A stretch of DNA of 64,000 bases from Macrostomum lignano (taxonomy: Eukaryota). The notes beneath the pieces are model-generated. The model was not told the DNA's origin, ran no database searches, and saw only the letters and a list, made by a program, of their open reading frames with translations. The stretch spans positions 172,871 through 236,870 of the forward strand of contig NIVC01001793.1 in NCBI GenBank assembly GCA_002269645.1, read 5' to 3'. This document shows, one piece after another, positions 1-60,305 of this stretch (positions are counted from its first letter, which is position 1; the number at the start of each line of letters is the position of its first letter). A program made the position numbers and the translations under genes.

Positions 1-355
1 TGAACTAATATAGGGTCACCCCTGAACTATTATAGGGTCACACCTGAACTATTATAGGGTCACACCTGAACTAATATAGGGTCACACCTGAACTATTATA
101 GGGTCACACCTGAACTAATATAGGGTCACACCTGAACTATTATAGGGTCACACCTGAAGTAGTATAGGGTCACACCTGAACTATTATAGGGTCACACCTG
201 AACTAATATAGGGTCACACCTGAACTATTATAGGGTCACACCTGAAGTAGTATAGGGTCACACCTGAACTATTATAGGGTCACACCTGAAGTAGTATAGG
301 GTCACGCCTGAACTACTATAGGTCACACCTGAACTATTATAGTATTACACCTGAA
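1..355. repeat. 22-bp minisatellite CACACCTGAACTATTATAGGGT
   Basis: Tandem copies read directly. Confidence 0.95.
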
Positions 356-429
356 CCTCTGTAAGGTCACACCTTAACTTTTATTCTTGATTTTATATAT
401 CATTTGACCTCTAAATGACCCGACCACAG

Positions 430-47148
<46,719 letters not shown>

Positions 47149-47264
47149 TAGGTGAAGTAGCGATCCAATTTATTAGCGTTTAGACAGGTTGTTTGTGGGA
47201 TGAATTTTTTTATGCCTTCATTTTGCTCCGTTTCTATAATTGGTCAGGAATTTTTTTGCTTTTT

Positions 47265-47552
47265 TTGGGTGAAGGAGTCGGTGTGTGAATGAGTGGGTTG
47301 GGTGAAGGAGTGGGGTGGGTGAAGGAGTGGGGTGGGTGAAGGAGTGGGGTGGGTGAAGGAGTGGGGTGGGTGAAGGAGTGGGGTGGGTGAAGGAGTGGGG
47401 TGGGTGAAGGAGTGGGGTGGGTGAAGGAGTGGGGTGGGTGAAGGAGTGGGGTGGGTGAAGGAGTGGGGTGGGTGAAGGAGTGGGGTGGGTGAAGGAGTGG
47501 GGTGGGTGAAGGAGTGGGGTGGGTGAAGGAGTGGGGTGGGTGAAGGAGTGAA
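47265..47552. repeat. 17-bp G-rich minisatellite GGAGTGGGGTGGGTGAA
   Basis: Homogeneous tandem copies. Confidence 0.95.
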
Positions 47553-48050
47553 GTGGATTTCAGATTGGAGTTTGTGTTGGATCGGGTGGGTGAAATAAAG
47601 GTTTCTAAACAGCAAGATGTTTGTCATTATACCTCTGTGATTACACTTGAACTCGTATACAATTTCAAGATTTTTTTATTAAATATTGAATACGTTAAAA
47701 TTGAATATTTTAGGACTGAAATTGCTTAAGCTTCATAAGATCAGTAAGCCAAACAAAGAGGTTAAGCAACTGGGCACAAACAAGTACATTTTGCACTAAA
47801 TTGTACACGGTGATTGCAGACTTATTAGAAAAAGCTTTTTCGGTGCCGTAGATTAATGACACATTTTTACTAATAAACTTATAAATTAATTTATAAAGGT
47901 CTGGCTGGTCGACGGTTGCACACTAAAATTATTTTGAGAGAACTGACTTAAGAATTATTAAGGTTATTTATGACAATGGCGTCACCATCAGTCGCGCTTA
48001 GGGGAGGCTTGTGCGAGTCTCACCCATGAGGGCCAGCCCCCAAGGCACAG

Positions 48051-48594
48051 AGAGTGTACATGCCTGAGAGTGTACATGCCTGAGAGTGTACATGCCTGAG
48101 AGTGTACATGCCTGAGAGTGTACATGCCTGAGAGTGTACATGCCTGAGAGTGTACATGCCTGAGAGTGTACATGCCTGAGAGTGTACATGCCTGAGAGTG
48201 TACATGCCTGAGAGTGTACATGCCTGAGAGTGTACATGCCTGAGAGTGTACATGCCTGAGAGTGTACATGCCTGAGAGTGTACATGCCTGAGAGTGTACA
48301 TGCCTGAGAGTGTACATGCCTGAGAGTGTACATGCCTGAGAGTGTACATGCCTGAGAGTGTACATGCCTGAGAGTGTACATGCCTGAGAGTGTACATGCC
48401 TGAGAGTGTACATGCCTGAGAGTGTACATGCCTGAGAGTGTACATGCCTGAGAGTGTACATGCCTGAGAGTGTACATGCCTGAGAGTGTACATGCCTGAG
48501 AGTGTACATGCCTGAGAGTGTACATGCCTGAGAGTGTACATGCCTGAGAGTGTACATGCCTGAGAGTGTACATGCCTGAGAGTGTACATGCCTG
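48051..48594. repeat. 16-bp perfect minisatellite AGAGTGTACATGCCTG x34 inside a dispersed element
   Basis: 544 bp = 34 identical units. Confidence 0.97.
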
Positions 48595-48779
48595 ACGATT
48601 AGGAAGTCAGGGCTGCTGTACACCCTGTGTGAGTCAGTGTACGAGTGTGGGATCAGGAGTCGGCGCAATGGGCAGAATTACCGTCAGCGTCAGCGCTGGT
48701 TGAGGGACGATTTGTGTACCATTCTGGTATCTTGCATGATGTACACTTACTCGCATGCGGAAGTGGCGGCACCAGCGTC

Positions 48780-49021
48780 GCCCTTCTTCACACAGTTCTC
48801 TCGCCAATACTCACCTGCATTCACTCATTTCGAAAGCTCCGTGCGCAGGCGCACGAACTCGCCGCCTCAGTCCGCGGCCATCGGGGCTGGCGGCTCCGCG
48901 CTGCCGCCGCTGACGCGACAGCCGCCGAGGCCGCCGCGGCCGCCACCGTCACTGCTGGTCCTGTCCAGTCAGATGTCGTCGGGCGGCGGCGGCGGCGACG
49001 GCAATTCCTGGGATCTGTCAG
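48780..49021 (+). CDS. probable GC-rich low-complexity coding segment, frame and assignment unresolved
   Basis: GC-rich island with two open + frames and a donor-like cag|gttgag at 49021; could be a further cadherin tail exon. Confidence 0.3.
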
Positions 49022-49177
49022 GTTGAGAACTGCGGATCTGTGCCCAGATCACGTGATATTTGTGTTGTGCAGGCCATTGAGTAGCAGCCGGTTTTACTCG
49101 ATTGATATTGCTCTTCTGCACACTTGCGCTTTCCTGGCACCTCTTTCCTGCTTAGTATAAATTCGTGTACAACTGAA

Positions 49178-49468
<291 letters not shown>

Positions 49469-49522
49469 AAGAATAATTATAAATACAAGAACGGTGATGA
49501 CTTCTCGCTCTAAACATTTCAG

Positions 49523-49703
49523 AAATTCACATCTAAGCGAGTCCATCACCGATGCTGGCCCGTCCTTCCCGATGAGGCGCCCAGACTCCAGTTGCGCCAA
49601 TCTGCTGGAAGCCGCCCTTGACAGTTATTTGCCTCACAATCACAAAGCAGCCGACGGCATGACAGATCTGTACGCTGACAACAGTTTAAGCACTGCTTTG
49701 TGA
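49523..49703 (+). CDS. candidate terminal exon B of cadherin (ends LSTAL*, class I PDZ ligand)
   Basis: catttcag acceptor, phase 2 compatible with exon 32, open to TGA at 49701-49703; ATTAAA ~80 nt downstream. Confidence 0.45.
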
Positions 49704-50327
49704 GACCTTCAATATCTTTAACATTGCTTACGTATGTTGGCCCCGATCTCGGGTTGCCCAAAAACCTCAAAGTTGCTCGCTTCAATTAAACTTCCCAAAA
49801 CTCTTAACTGTGTGGAATTTTATCAACAACTTTGATTTTAACTTTTTTCTGCGCTATTTAACTTCTTAATTGGATTTTATTCGACCCGATTGCATGACAA
49901 ACAAATTTGCTCACTCAGTTTCTAAGAAAATCGAATCGGCGCCATCGGAGCTTTTTTGTAATTTTTGTTTTACTCGTTCTTTTTTATTTGTTATAGTAGT
50001 ATCCGCGCACTTTAAAAACAGAAGTAGCCTTCCCCGGTAGGTATAGGCTAGGAGTGGCGCTTTTGCTATTTTGTTTAAGTTGAGCAATATTTTGTTTTAC
50101 TCCAGTGATAACTTAAATTTGAAGCTATAATTCGGTTAACTGCTTAAGAGATTCTTTTTATCCGCTAATCACCGCTTCTGCACGCGAAAGGCTTTCAAAT
50201 TTATTGTAGTGGCACAAATTAATAAATAAACAGAATGGATTATTTTATATTCTATTAATTTAGTTTTTCAATTTCTGATTTATGATGTTTGTTTGGGCGT
50301 TTAATGTCGAGTTCAAATAGTTTCGAA

Positions 50328-51862
50328 GACACAGTGATGCGGTCCAGTTCAGATACTACAAAAGACACAATGATGCGGTCCAGTTCAGATATTACAAAAA
50401 AGACACAATGATGCGGTCCAGTTCAGATATTACAAAAAGACACAATGATGCGGTCCAGTTCAGATACCTCAAAAAAGACACAATAATGCGGTCCAGTTCA
50501 GATACCTCAAAAAGACACAATGATGCGGTCCAGTTCAGATACCAGTACCTCAAAAAAGACACAATGATGCGGTCCAGTTCAGATATTACAAAAAGACACA
50601 ATGATGCGGTCCAGTTCAGATACCTCAAAAAAGACACAATGATGCGGTCCAGTTCAGATATTACAAAAAGACACAATGATGCGGTCCAGTTCAGATACCT
50701 CAAAAAAAGACACAATGATGCGGTTCAGTTCAGATACCTCAAAAAAGACACAATGATGCGGTCCAGTTCAGATACCTCAAAAAAGACACAACGATGCGGT
50801 CCAGTTCAGATACCTCAAAAAAGACACAATGATGCGGTCCAGTTCAGATATTACAAAAAAAGACACAATGATGCGGTCCAGTTCAGATACCTAAAAAAAG
50901 ACACAATGATGCGGTCCAGTTCAGATACCTCAAAAAAGACACAATGATGCGGTCCAGTTCAGATATTACAAAAAAAGACACAATGATGCGGTCCAGTTCA
51001 GATACCTCAAAAAAGACACAATGATGCGGTCCAGTTCAGATATTACAAAAAAAGACACAATGATGCGGTCCAGTTCAGATATTACAAAAAGACACAATGA
51101 TGCGGTCCAGTTCAGATATTACAAAAAAAGACACAATGATGCGGTCCAGTTAAGATATTACAAAAAAAGACACAATGATGCGGTCCAGTTCAGATACCTA
51201 AAAAAAGACACAATGATGCGGTCCAGTTCAGATACCTCAAAAAAGACACAATGATGCGGTCCAGTTCAGATACCTCAAAAAGACACAATGATGCGGTCCA
51301 GTTCAGATACCTAAAAAAAGACACAATGATGCGGTCCAGTTCAGATACCTCAAAAAAGACACAATGATGCGGTCCAGTTCAGATATTACAAAAAAAGACA
51401 CAATGATGCGGTCCAGTTCAGATATTAAAAAAGACACAATGATGCGGTCCAGTTCAGATACCTCAAAAAAGACGCAATGATACGGTCCAGTTCAGATATT
51501 AAAAAAGACACAATGATGCGGTCCAGTTCAGATACCTCAAAAAAGACACAATGATACGGTCCAGTTCAGATATTAAAAAAGACACAATGATGCGGTCCAG
51601 TTCAGATATTAAAAAAGACACAATGATGCGGTCCAGTTCAGATACCTCAAAAAAGACACAATGATGCGGTCCAGTTCAGATACCTCAAAAAAGACACAAT
51701 GATGCGGTCCAGTTCAGATACCTCAAAAAAGACACAATGATGCGGTCCAGTTCAGATACCTAAAAAAAGACACAATGATGCGGTCCAGTTCAGATATTAC
51801 AAAAAAAGACACAATGATGCGGTCCAGTTCAGATACCTCAAAAAAGACACAATGATGCGATC
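50328..51862. repeat. ~38-bp minisatellite GACACAATGATGCGGTCCAGTTCAGATA(CCTC/TTAC)A4-7
   Basis: ~40 copies. Confidence 0.95.
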
Positions 51863-52078
51863 CAGCTTAGAAAACTTCGAAAAGAATTTAATTTCGCGAT
51901 CTAAATTGAAGACACAAAGTTCACAATAAGATACTAAGAATACCCATATTTGAACTCTTCAACGTTCAGGTGGTTTTCAGGCAAAAATGCAGCAATTATT
52001 GCCAAAATCGAAACATGCATTAAAAATCTGTGCAGTTAAAAATCCAGTCAATGCGTCCGTGTTGTCCAGCTGCCATCA

Positions 52079-52716
52079 TCAGCTCGCGCAACCCGCTATT
52101 GCAAAGCATGACGTAGACGAATTGTCCTTGCCGCTGTGTCTCTTCCCGTCCCGCTTCGAGTCGCCAGTTGGAGAGTTGGGCGGCTGGCAGCAGCGCACGG
52201 GCGTGTAGTACTCGAACTCGGACCTGTCCACGTACAGCAGCACCTCCTGCTGGCCTCGCCGATAATAGCGGGCAAGGATTTTCCGGCGACGCTCAGTGAG
52301 CTCGAAGTGCACCCGAGTGCGGAACGGATGGTAGGACACGATGACGCCCTCGTCCAAGTGAAACCCGGCCACCAGCTCGTATTTTGCGCTCTTGGCGCCC
52401 AGCTTCTCGCGGAATTTGCGCTGCAACCGCTGCGCCCGGAACTCCTCCATCTGGTCGGGCTCGCGGAAGTCGAAGGTGAAATGACAGCGGGACGCCTTCT
52501 GCTGCTGCTGGTGGCGAGCTCCTCCTGCTCGACCGGCACCTCCGGCGGCGGCTGCCACCACTGCAGACGCGGGCGCCGCTGTAGCCGAGGCGGCTGTCTG
52601 GCTGGAAATTCCGCCAGGCGACATGCCCGACGGTGTCGCACCGCCATTGCTGATGCCGCCGCGGGACCGCTTTAATCGAAGACTCTCGTGCTGCTCCATC
52701 ACGATGCCGGAGACGC
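52079..52716 (-). CDS. Terminal coding exon of a minus-strand gene, unknown protein (A/G/S-rich N-part + ~105-aa globular-looking domain)
   Basis: ctctgcag acceptor at 52717, GC-rich C/G-ending codons, ORF ...CHFTFDFREPDQMEEF...SEFEYYTPVRCC... Confidence 0.8.
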
Positions 52717-52894
52717 CTGCAGAGCGTTAGAAATGTTAAATAGCTGGGTGGTAAAATTGCCCCGGTTAACTACTGTTTATTTAGTAGCAAGTGAGGAAAA
52801 ACTGCAGCTATTTTTGCAAGGGTTGGCCGCAAGAAAATGTTTTTTACGAGACGGAATCACGAGACCAGTTTTCTTAGCTCTATGAACTAATACT

Positions 52895-53454
<560 letters not shown>

Positions 53455-54089
53455 CCCCGAATCCCCACAGTTCGCCACGGACAATCAAATGCGGTTCTCC
53501 GAGAAATTTTACAATATGAACGGGGTAGGTCATGAAAGAGAGAAAGTTTTGGCGCCTCTGCAAATTCTCACAGTTCCCGCAGACCAGCAACACCTGTTAC
53601 CCCCAGTTTACTACTTTTTTCCCGCAGACATTTCCTTTCTCTTTATGATTGCCATGCGATCGGCTGAACTGAATCGGAGGCAGAATAGGGGTTGGCCCGA
53701 CTTCGCTGGGGATTTGGCGTACCCTCTGTCAAGGGTGGCATGCCGTGGTGTGATCGGGCTTAGAAAAGTTCTGAACCCAACCTGTATTCTTGGCTATTGC
53801 AGAGGAAGAATATTGCTAATCACAAATTTGCATTTCGTTTTGCTGCCCGCTCTGAGCAGCATGAATGCAGTCACCGGAGTAGGAGACGGGGGGGGGCAAG
53901 CCCGAGACAGTAGAAATACCCATTTATAAAGCTGTTTAAGAGCTGGTCAAAGGGTTTCGAAAGTGTAGAAACGTAATAATTCTTGAAAAGACGAAATGGG
54001 CTTGCATGGAAAGTGCTGCATGTCTCTGAAAAGTTTCCTGAGGGGTAGCTGGAAGTGTCAAAAAAAGAGTTGCAGGAAAGTGTTGCATG

Positions 54090-55017
54090 GAAGGGTTTTA
54101 AGAAGGGTTGCAGGGAAGGATTGCAGGGAAGGGTGGCAGGGAAGGGTGGCAGGGAAGGGTGGCAGGGAAGGGTGGCAGGGAAGGGTGGCAGGGGAGGGTT
54201 GCAGGGAAGGGTTGCAGGGAAGGGTTGCAGGGAAGGGCTGCAGGGAAGGGTTGCAGGGAAGGGTTGCAGGGAAGGGTTGCAGGGAAGGGCTGCAGGGAAG
54301 GGCTGCAGGGAAGGGTTGCAGGGTAAAGTCGCAAACAAGATTCCTAGGAAGTCTCAGGAAATCGCTGGAAGAGTCTCAGGAAAACTCTGGAAGAGTCTCA
54401 GGAAACCTCTGGAAGAGTCTCAGGAAACCTCTGGAAGAGTCTCAGGAAACCTCTGGAAGAGTCTCAGGAAACCGCTGGAAGAGTCTCTGGAAACCTCTAG
54501 AAGAGTCTCAGGAAATCGCTGGAATTGAGTCTCAGGAAATTGCTGGAATTGAGTCTCAGGAAATCGCTGGAAGAGTCTCAGGAAATCGCAGGAAGAGTCT
54601 CAGGAAATCGCAGGAAGAGTCTCAGGAAATCGCTGGAAGAGTCTCAGGAAACCTCTGGAAGAGTCTCAGGAAATCGCTGGAAGAGTCTCAGGAAATCGCT
54701 GGAAGAGTCTCAGGAAATCGCAGGAAGAGTCTCAGGAAATCGCAGGAAGAGTCTCAGGAAATCGCAGGAAGAGTCTCAGGAAATCGCAGGAATAGTCTCA
54801 GGAATTGCAGGAAGAGTCTCAGGAATTGCAGGAAGAGTCTCAGGAAATCGCTGGAAGAGTCTCAGGAAATTGCTGGAATTGAGTCTCAGGAAATCGCTGG
54901 AAGAGTCTCAGGAAATCGCTGGAAGAGTCTCAGGAAACCTCTGGAAGAGTCTCAGGAAATCGCTGGAAGAGTCTCAGGAAATCGCTGGAAGAGTCTCAGG
55001 AAATCGCTGGAAGAGTC
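54090..55017. repeat. 13-bp (GCAGGGAAGGGTT) array followed by 22-bp (GCTGGAAGAGTCTCAGGAAATC) array
   Basis: Two adjacent arrays in the intron of the minus-strand gene. Confidence 0.92.
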
Positions 55018-55055
55018 GTCTGTCTTCCAGCAGCTCAGTTCGGTTGCACAGTCAC

Positions 55056-55158
55056 CTTTCATCAGTGCGTGATGCTTCAAACCCGGCAACCCGGAGGCTC
55101 CGATGGAACAGCCGCCGCCGCCTCGCCGACCAACTGGCTGAGCAGTGGGAGGCGGCAT
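55056..55158 (-). CDS. Upstream coding exon of the same minus-strand gene (MPPPTAQ...HALMK)
   Basis: ATG at 55158 after an in-frame TAA, donor G|gtgact phase 1 matches the 52716 exon; total 741 nt = 246 aa + stop. Confidence 0.6.
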
Positions 55159-56144
55159 CGTCAAAGATGATTAGATCAATTCGAACACTTGCAACACAGA
55201 TAGTTGAAGTCTGGCTGAGCAGGAAATCGGGCAAACTGGGGCTCCTCTGCCGGTTGTCTCCGCACTAAATACTTGTTGTCACGAGCTATAATCCTCGCTC
55301 GTATAGAAACAAGCGGAGAGAAGTCAGCAACTAGGGACCGCGCACACTTGACTCTGCTTCTGCACAGCGGAGAGTCAAGTCCGTCAGTGCGCGAGTGTGT
55401 GCTTCGCTTGGGTGAGGGTTCTCTGAGGGAATATCGGGACCTATATATACCAGCATAGATATATATGATATATCTTGAATGCAGAGAAGGGGAGAGTGGG
55501 GAGAGCGAGTCAGCGAGTCAGAGCTGCCGAGAGAGGCGGTACTCGGCTGGCTGGATGCTAATTGAGAAGGGCGAGGGGGAGATCGAGAAGGGGGCGTTTG
55601 GTCGGCCAGCAGAGGTCTCGAAGGGACGAAGCAGTTCTCGGTCTGTTTAATTATCAAGTGGCTTTGGACGGAATCGACTGGCTTATGGTTCTGGAACATT
55701 CCGGGTGATTAAAGAAGGGCCTGTGCCCCCCCCCCCTACCGCCTCACTTCTGGGACACGAGCGAAAAAAGTTTTTCTGTTGCTTCAAAAATTTGCATTTT
55801 CGAGCCGACGTTGAGGGACTGTGTGGGTAAAATTTGATACCGATGTGACCAATGCTTTGGACTTTTATGCTGTAAATTTGCCACTTATAATGACCCAGTC
55901 TGGTTTCAAAGCACCCTTTCGATTTCGAAAATTGCCCAGTGGCTCTTGTCGTATGATTTACGACTGAGGCACAGAGACTGTACATGCCTGACGATTGGAA
56001 AGTCAGTGCCGCTGTACATCCTGAGTGAGCGTGTGCATGAGTGCGTGCCCTGTGTACAGTATTGGCGCGATTGCATGTGCCTGGTTGCTTGCCTCTTAGC
56101 CGAGGGCGAGTAAGACTCTCGCCTTGATCAACTATTCAGCCAGG

Positions 56145-56990
56145 CAAATGAGCAGTCAGGCAGGCAGATGAGCAGTCAGGCAGGCAGATAAGCAGTCAGT
56201 CAGGCAGATGAGCAGTCAGGCAGATGAGCAGACAGGCTGATTAGCAGTCAGGCAGGTGAGCAGACAGTCAGGCAGATGAGCAGTCAGTCAGGCAGATGAG
56301 CAGTCAGGCAGATGAGCAGTCAGTCAGGCAGATGAGCAGTCAGGCAGATGAGCAGTCAGGCAGATGAGCAGACAGGCAGATTAGCAGTCAGTCAGGCAGG
56401 TGAGCAGACAGTCAGGCAGATGAGCAGACAGGCAGATGAGCAGTCAGGCAGGTGAGCAGACAGTCAGGCAGATGAGCAGACAGGCAGATGAGCAGACAGG
56501 CAGATGAGCAGTCAGGCAGATGAGCAGTCAGGCAGATGAGCAGACAGGCAGATTAGCAGTCAGGCAGGTGAGCAGACAGTCAGGCAGATGAGCAGACAGG
56601 CAGATGAGCAGTCAGGCAGGTGAGCAGACAGTCAGGCAGATGAGCAGACAGGCAGATGAGCAGACAGGCAGATGAGCAGTCAGGCAGATGAGCAGTCAGG
56701 CAGATGAGCAGACAGGCAGATTAGCAGTCAGGCAGGTGAGCAGACAGTCAGGCAGATGAGCAGACAGGCAGATGAGCAGTCAGGCAGGTGAGCAGACAGT
56801 CAGGCAGATGAGCAGACAGGCAGATGAGCAGTCAGGCAGATTAGCAGTCAGTCAGGCAGATGAGCAGACAGGCAGATGAGCAGACAGGCAGATGAGCAGA
56901 CAGGCAGATTAGCAGTCAGTCAGGCAGGTGAGCAGACAGTCAGGCAGATGAGCAGACAGGCAGATGAGCAGTCAGGCAGGTGAGCAGAGT
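56145..56990. repeat. 14-18-bp minisatellite GGCAGATGAGCAGTCA / ...GACA
   Basis: Tandem copies. Confidence 0.93.
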
Positions 56991-57609
56991 TGAACAGACA
57001 CTGGGGGTCAGCCAGAACTCACTGTCCTCCTCTGCTGCTTTCGGGCAGGCGGCTAAGCTGCAAATCTCGTAGAACACTCGACTGTCATTGCTGGGAGAGT
57101 TCGGCAGTTGACAGTCGGGCCGCTGCTGCAGCTGCTGAGCAGGGTGAGAGTCTGGCAGACCGGCCATTCTGACCTATACAGCGATAGATTCCGCCGTGGC
57201 AGATGGACAGGTCCTGACTATATTATCCTCAGCTACAAGCGCCGCTGCCATTACTGTTTCTATGCCTCTCTCTCTTCGTATCGGCAAAGCAGAAAAGCAG
57301 TTCCCCCTTCCTTTGTACTCTCTTCCCTTTCCTGCACCCCTCTCTCCCTTCATTTCTTCAAACTTGTTTGTCTGTTCAAGGAAACCCAGAACCAGAGAAT
57401 TGGGCAGCGACTTCCTTCCCCATCTGTCATTTTTTAGACAACTATAGGCTGATTGCACAGACACAGACGCACACACACACACAGACGCACACACTCTGTC
57501 ATCGTTGATTTAATTTATAGCTGAAATATTAAGGTCTCAAATTATTAGAAAGTCATTGAAAAGCGAGAAAAGTTATTATTTTTTTGCTAAAAGGTTTCAT
57601 GCAGTATCA

Positions 57610-59200
57610 AGCAGGTTGCACCCAGTGTCTAACAGGTTGCACCCAGTGTCTAACAGGTTGCACCCAGTGTCTAACAGGTTGCACCCAATGTCTAACAGGT
57701 TGCGCCCAGTGTCTAACAGGTTGCACCTAGTGTCTAACAGGTTGCGCCCAGTGTCTAACAGGTTGCACCCAGGTCTAACAGGTTATACTCAGTGTCTAAC
57801 AGGTTGCGCCCAGTGTCTAACAGGTTGCGCCCAGTGTCTAACAGGTTGCGCCCAGTGTCTAACAGGTTGCGCCCAGTGTCTAACAGGTTGCGCCCAGTGT
57901 TTAGCAGGTTGCATCCAGTGTCTAAAAGGTTGCACCCAGTGTCTAACAGGATTGCACCCAGTGTCTAACAGGTTGCATCCAGTGTCTAACAGGTTGCATC
58001 CAGTGTCTAACAGGTTGCATCCAGTGTCTAACAGGTTGCATCCAGTGTCTAACAGGTTGCACCCAGTGTCTAACAGGTTGCATCCAGTGCCTAACAGGTT
58101 GCATCCAGTGTCTAACAGGTTGCAACCAGTGTCTAAGAGGTTGCACTCAGTGTCTAACAGGTTGCGCCAGTGTCTAATATTTTGCACAGAGCGTCTAAAA
58201 GTAGAAAAGTTTTTTGCTTAACAACCAGAAATTGAAATTGGTGCTAACAGAAAAACTGGTTGCAGCCTACAGTTGTCCGAAAAGGCGGATTTGGGACGGT
58301 TCTCGCGCTGGCCTCCTTGGCCAGTTCCAACTCCTCTCCCCTCTCCCCTGAAGGGAAAAGGTGATGGGATTTGAAAAGGAAAGAGATTTCAACCCCCAAG
58401 CCTGTTCATTTCCACGGACCCTTGTCCTTGCGGCCGCAAAAATCCCATGCAGAATTTCTCCTCTTTTTGGAAGTTCAACTATAAATTTGTCGGCTGGACG
58501 GGAAAAGGTCGTCGCAGTGCTTCGCACCGTGTGGACCCCGCGTTCATTCGAGCGTTTGCCAACTTTATGCGATATCTGGGATTCTGGGCATCCAACAGCT
58601 GACGTTCGAACCGAGTAGGCCAATACATTTTGTGACCGTTGCCGTGTCTGAACAATTGTCTAACCCAGTGTCTAACAGGCTGCAGTATCTAACAGGCTGC
58701 AGTATCTAACAGGCTGCAGTATCTAACAGGCTGCAGTATCTAACAGGCTGCAGTATCTAACAGGCTGCAGTATCTAACAGGCTGCAGTATCTAACAGGCT
58801 GCAGTATCTAACAGGCTGCAGTATCTAACAGGCTGCAGTATCTAACAGGCTGCAGTATCTAACAGGCTGCAGTATCTAACAGGCTGCAGTATCTAACAGG
58901 CTGCAGTATCTAACAGGCTGCAGTATCTAACAGGCTGCACTCAGCGTCTAACAGGATGCACCCAGTGTCTAACAGGTTTCAACCAGTGTCTAACAGGTTG
59001 CACCAGTGTCTAACATGTTTCAACCAGTGTCTAACAGGTTGCATCCAGTGTCTAAAATGTTGCATCCAGTGTCTAACAGGTTGCACCCAGTATCTAACAG
59101 GTTGCACCCAGTGTCTAACAGGTTGCACCCAGTGTCTAACAGGTTGCACCCAGTGTCTAACAGGTTGCACCCAGTGTCTAACAGGTTGCACCCAGTGTCC
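57610..59200. repeat. TCTAACAGG-core satellite cluster: 21-bp (57610-58175), 17-bp (58670-58940), 21-bp (58955-59200)
   Basis: Tandem copies with a shared core, ~450-bp unique spacer between the first two arrays. Confidence 0.92.
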
Positions 59201-59714
59201 AGCCAACTTCAGTTAATGAATGCAGCCCTCCTCTCCTGGAACTCGTGTCAATCATTCTGAATAGCAGATATCGGAGCAGCAAAATTTCTTATTTAGTAGC
59301 AGGCAATCAGCCTCGAAGTTCTCCTAAAATTGTGCCGTAGCAACAGATAATTGATAATGTACCTGATATGCCTTATCCAACTGGTTCAGCTGAATGTTTC
59401 GCTGCTTGAGTGCCTGCCTCAATTACCAGATTTTTACATGAATCTGGAAAAAGGCACTAAAAGTATATGGGATATATGATGAAGCCAATCTTCAGCTTCC
59501 CGAAAACATCGTCAGTTCAAAACAATTCTCTTGACAAGATGAGGTAAAAATCAGCTTAAAATATTAAATTTAAGCTACGACTTGCAGAAGCTACCGATAT
59601 GTTGCGTTATTAATGATATGCATAATGCATATGCATGTTGCGTTATTAATGATATGCATAATGCAAATCATTAAAGCATTTTAATTTGTGAGTTACTTGT
59701 GTGGGCACCGCTGT

Positions 59715-60305
59715 CTCTTGTTGAGCGTCCCTGTCTTCCGGTGGATGCCCCTGTCTCCCGGTGAATACCCCTGTCTCCCGGTGAATACCCCTGTCTCTGG
59801 TGGGCGCCCCTGTCTCCCGGTGGGCGCCCATGTCTCTCGGTGGGCGCCCCTGTCTCTTGGTTGGCGCCCCTGTCTCCCTGTGGGCGCCCATGTCTCTCGG
59901 TGGCGCCCCTGTCTCTTGGTTGGCGCCCCTGTCTCCCGGTGGGCGCCCCTGTCTCTCGTTGGTGCCCCTGTCTCTCCCGGTGGGCGCCCCTGTCTTGTGA
60001 TTGGAGCCCCTGTCTCCCGGTGGGCGCCCCTGTCTTGTGATTGGAGCCCATGTCTCTCGGTGGGCGCCCCTGTCTCTTGGTTGGCGCCCCTGTCTCCCGG
60101 TGGGCGCCCCTGTCTCTCGGTTGGTGCCCCTGTCTCTCCCGGTGGGCGCCCCTGTCTTGTGATTGGAGCCCCTGTCTCCCTGTGGGCGCCCCTCTCTCCC
60201 GGTGGGCACCCCAGTCTCCCGGTGGGCGCCCCTGTCTCTCAGTGGGCGCCCCTGTCTCTTGGTTGGCGCCCATGTCTCCCCGTGGGCGCCCCTGTCTCTT
60301 GGTGT
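59715..60305. repeat. GC-rich ~20-bp minisatellite GGTGGGCGCCCCTGTCTC(CC)
   Basis: Tandem copies. Confidence 0.92.

Noticed and set aside
48657-49026. Third alternative terminal exon starting at 48657 (phase-compatible, ends WDLSG*)
   Set aside because: The acceptor lies in the tail of the dispersed repeat with no supporting tract, and two frames are equally plausible; kept only as a low-confidence segment.
50328-51862. CRISPR-like regularly spaced ~28-bp conserved core
   Set aside because: The intervening 8-12 nt are two recurring variants plus poly-A, not unique spacers; no cas genes; eukaryotic context.
57000-57440. Short ORFs 57108-57437 (+) and 57196-57447 (-)
   Set aside because: No recognisable domain, no consistent splice partners, mixed codon bias.
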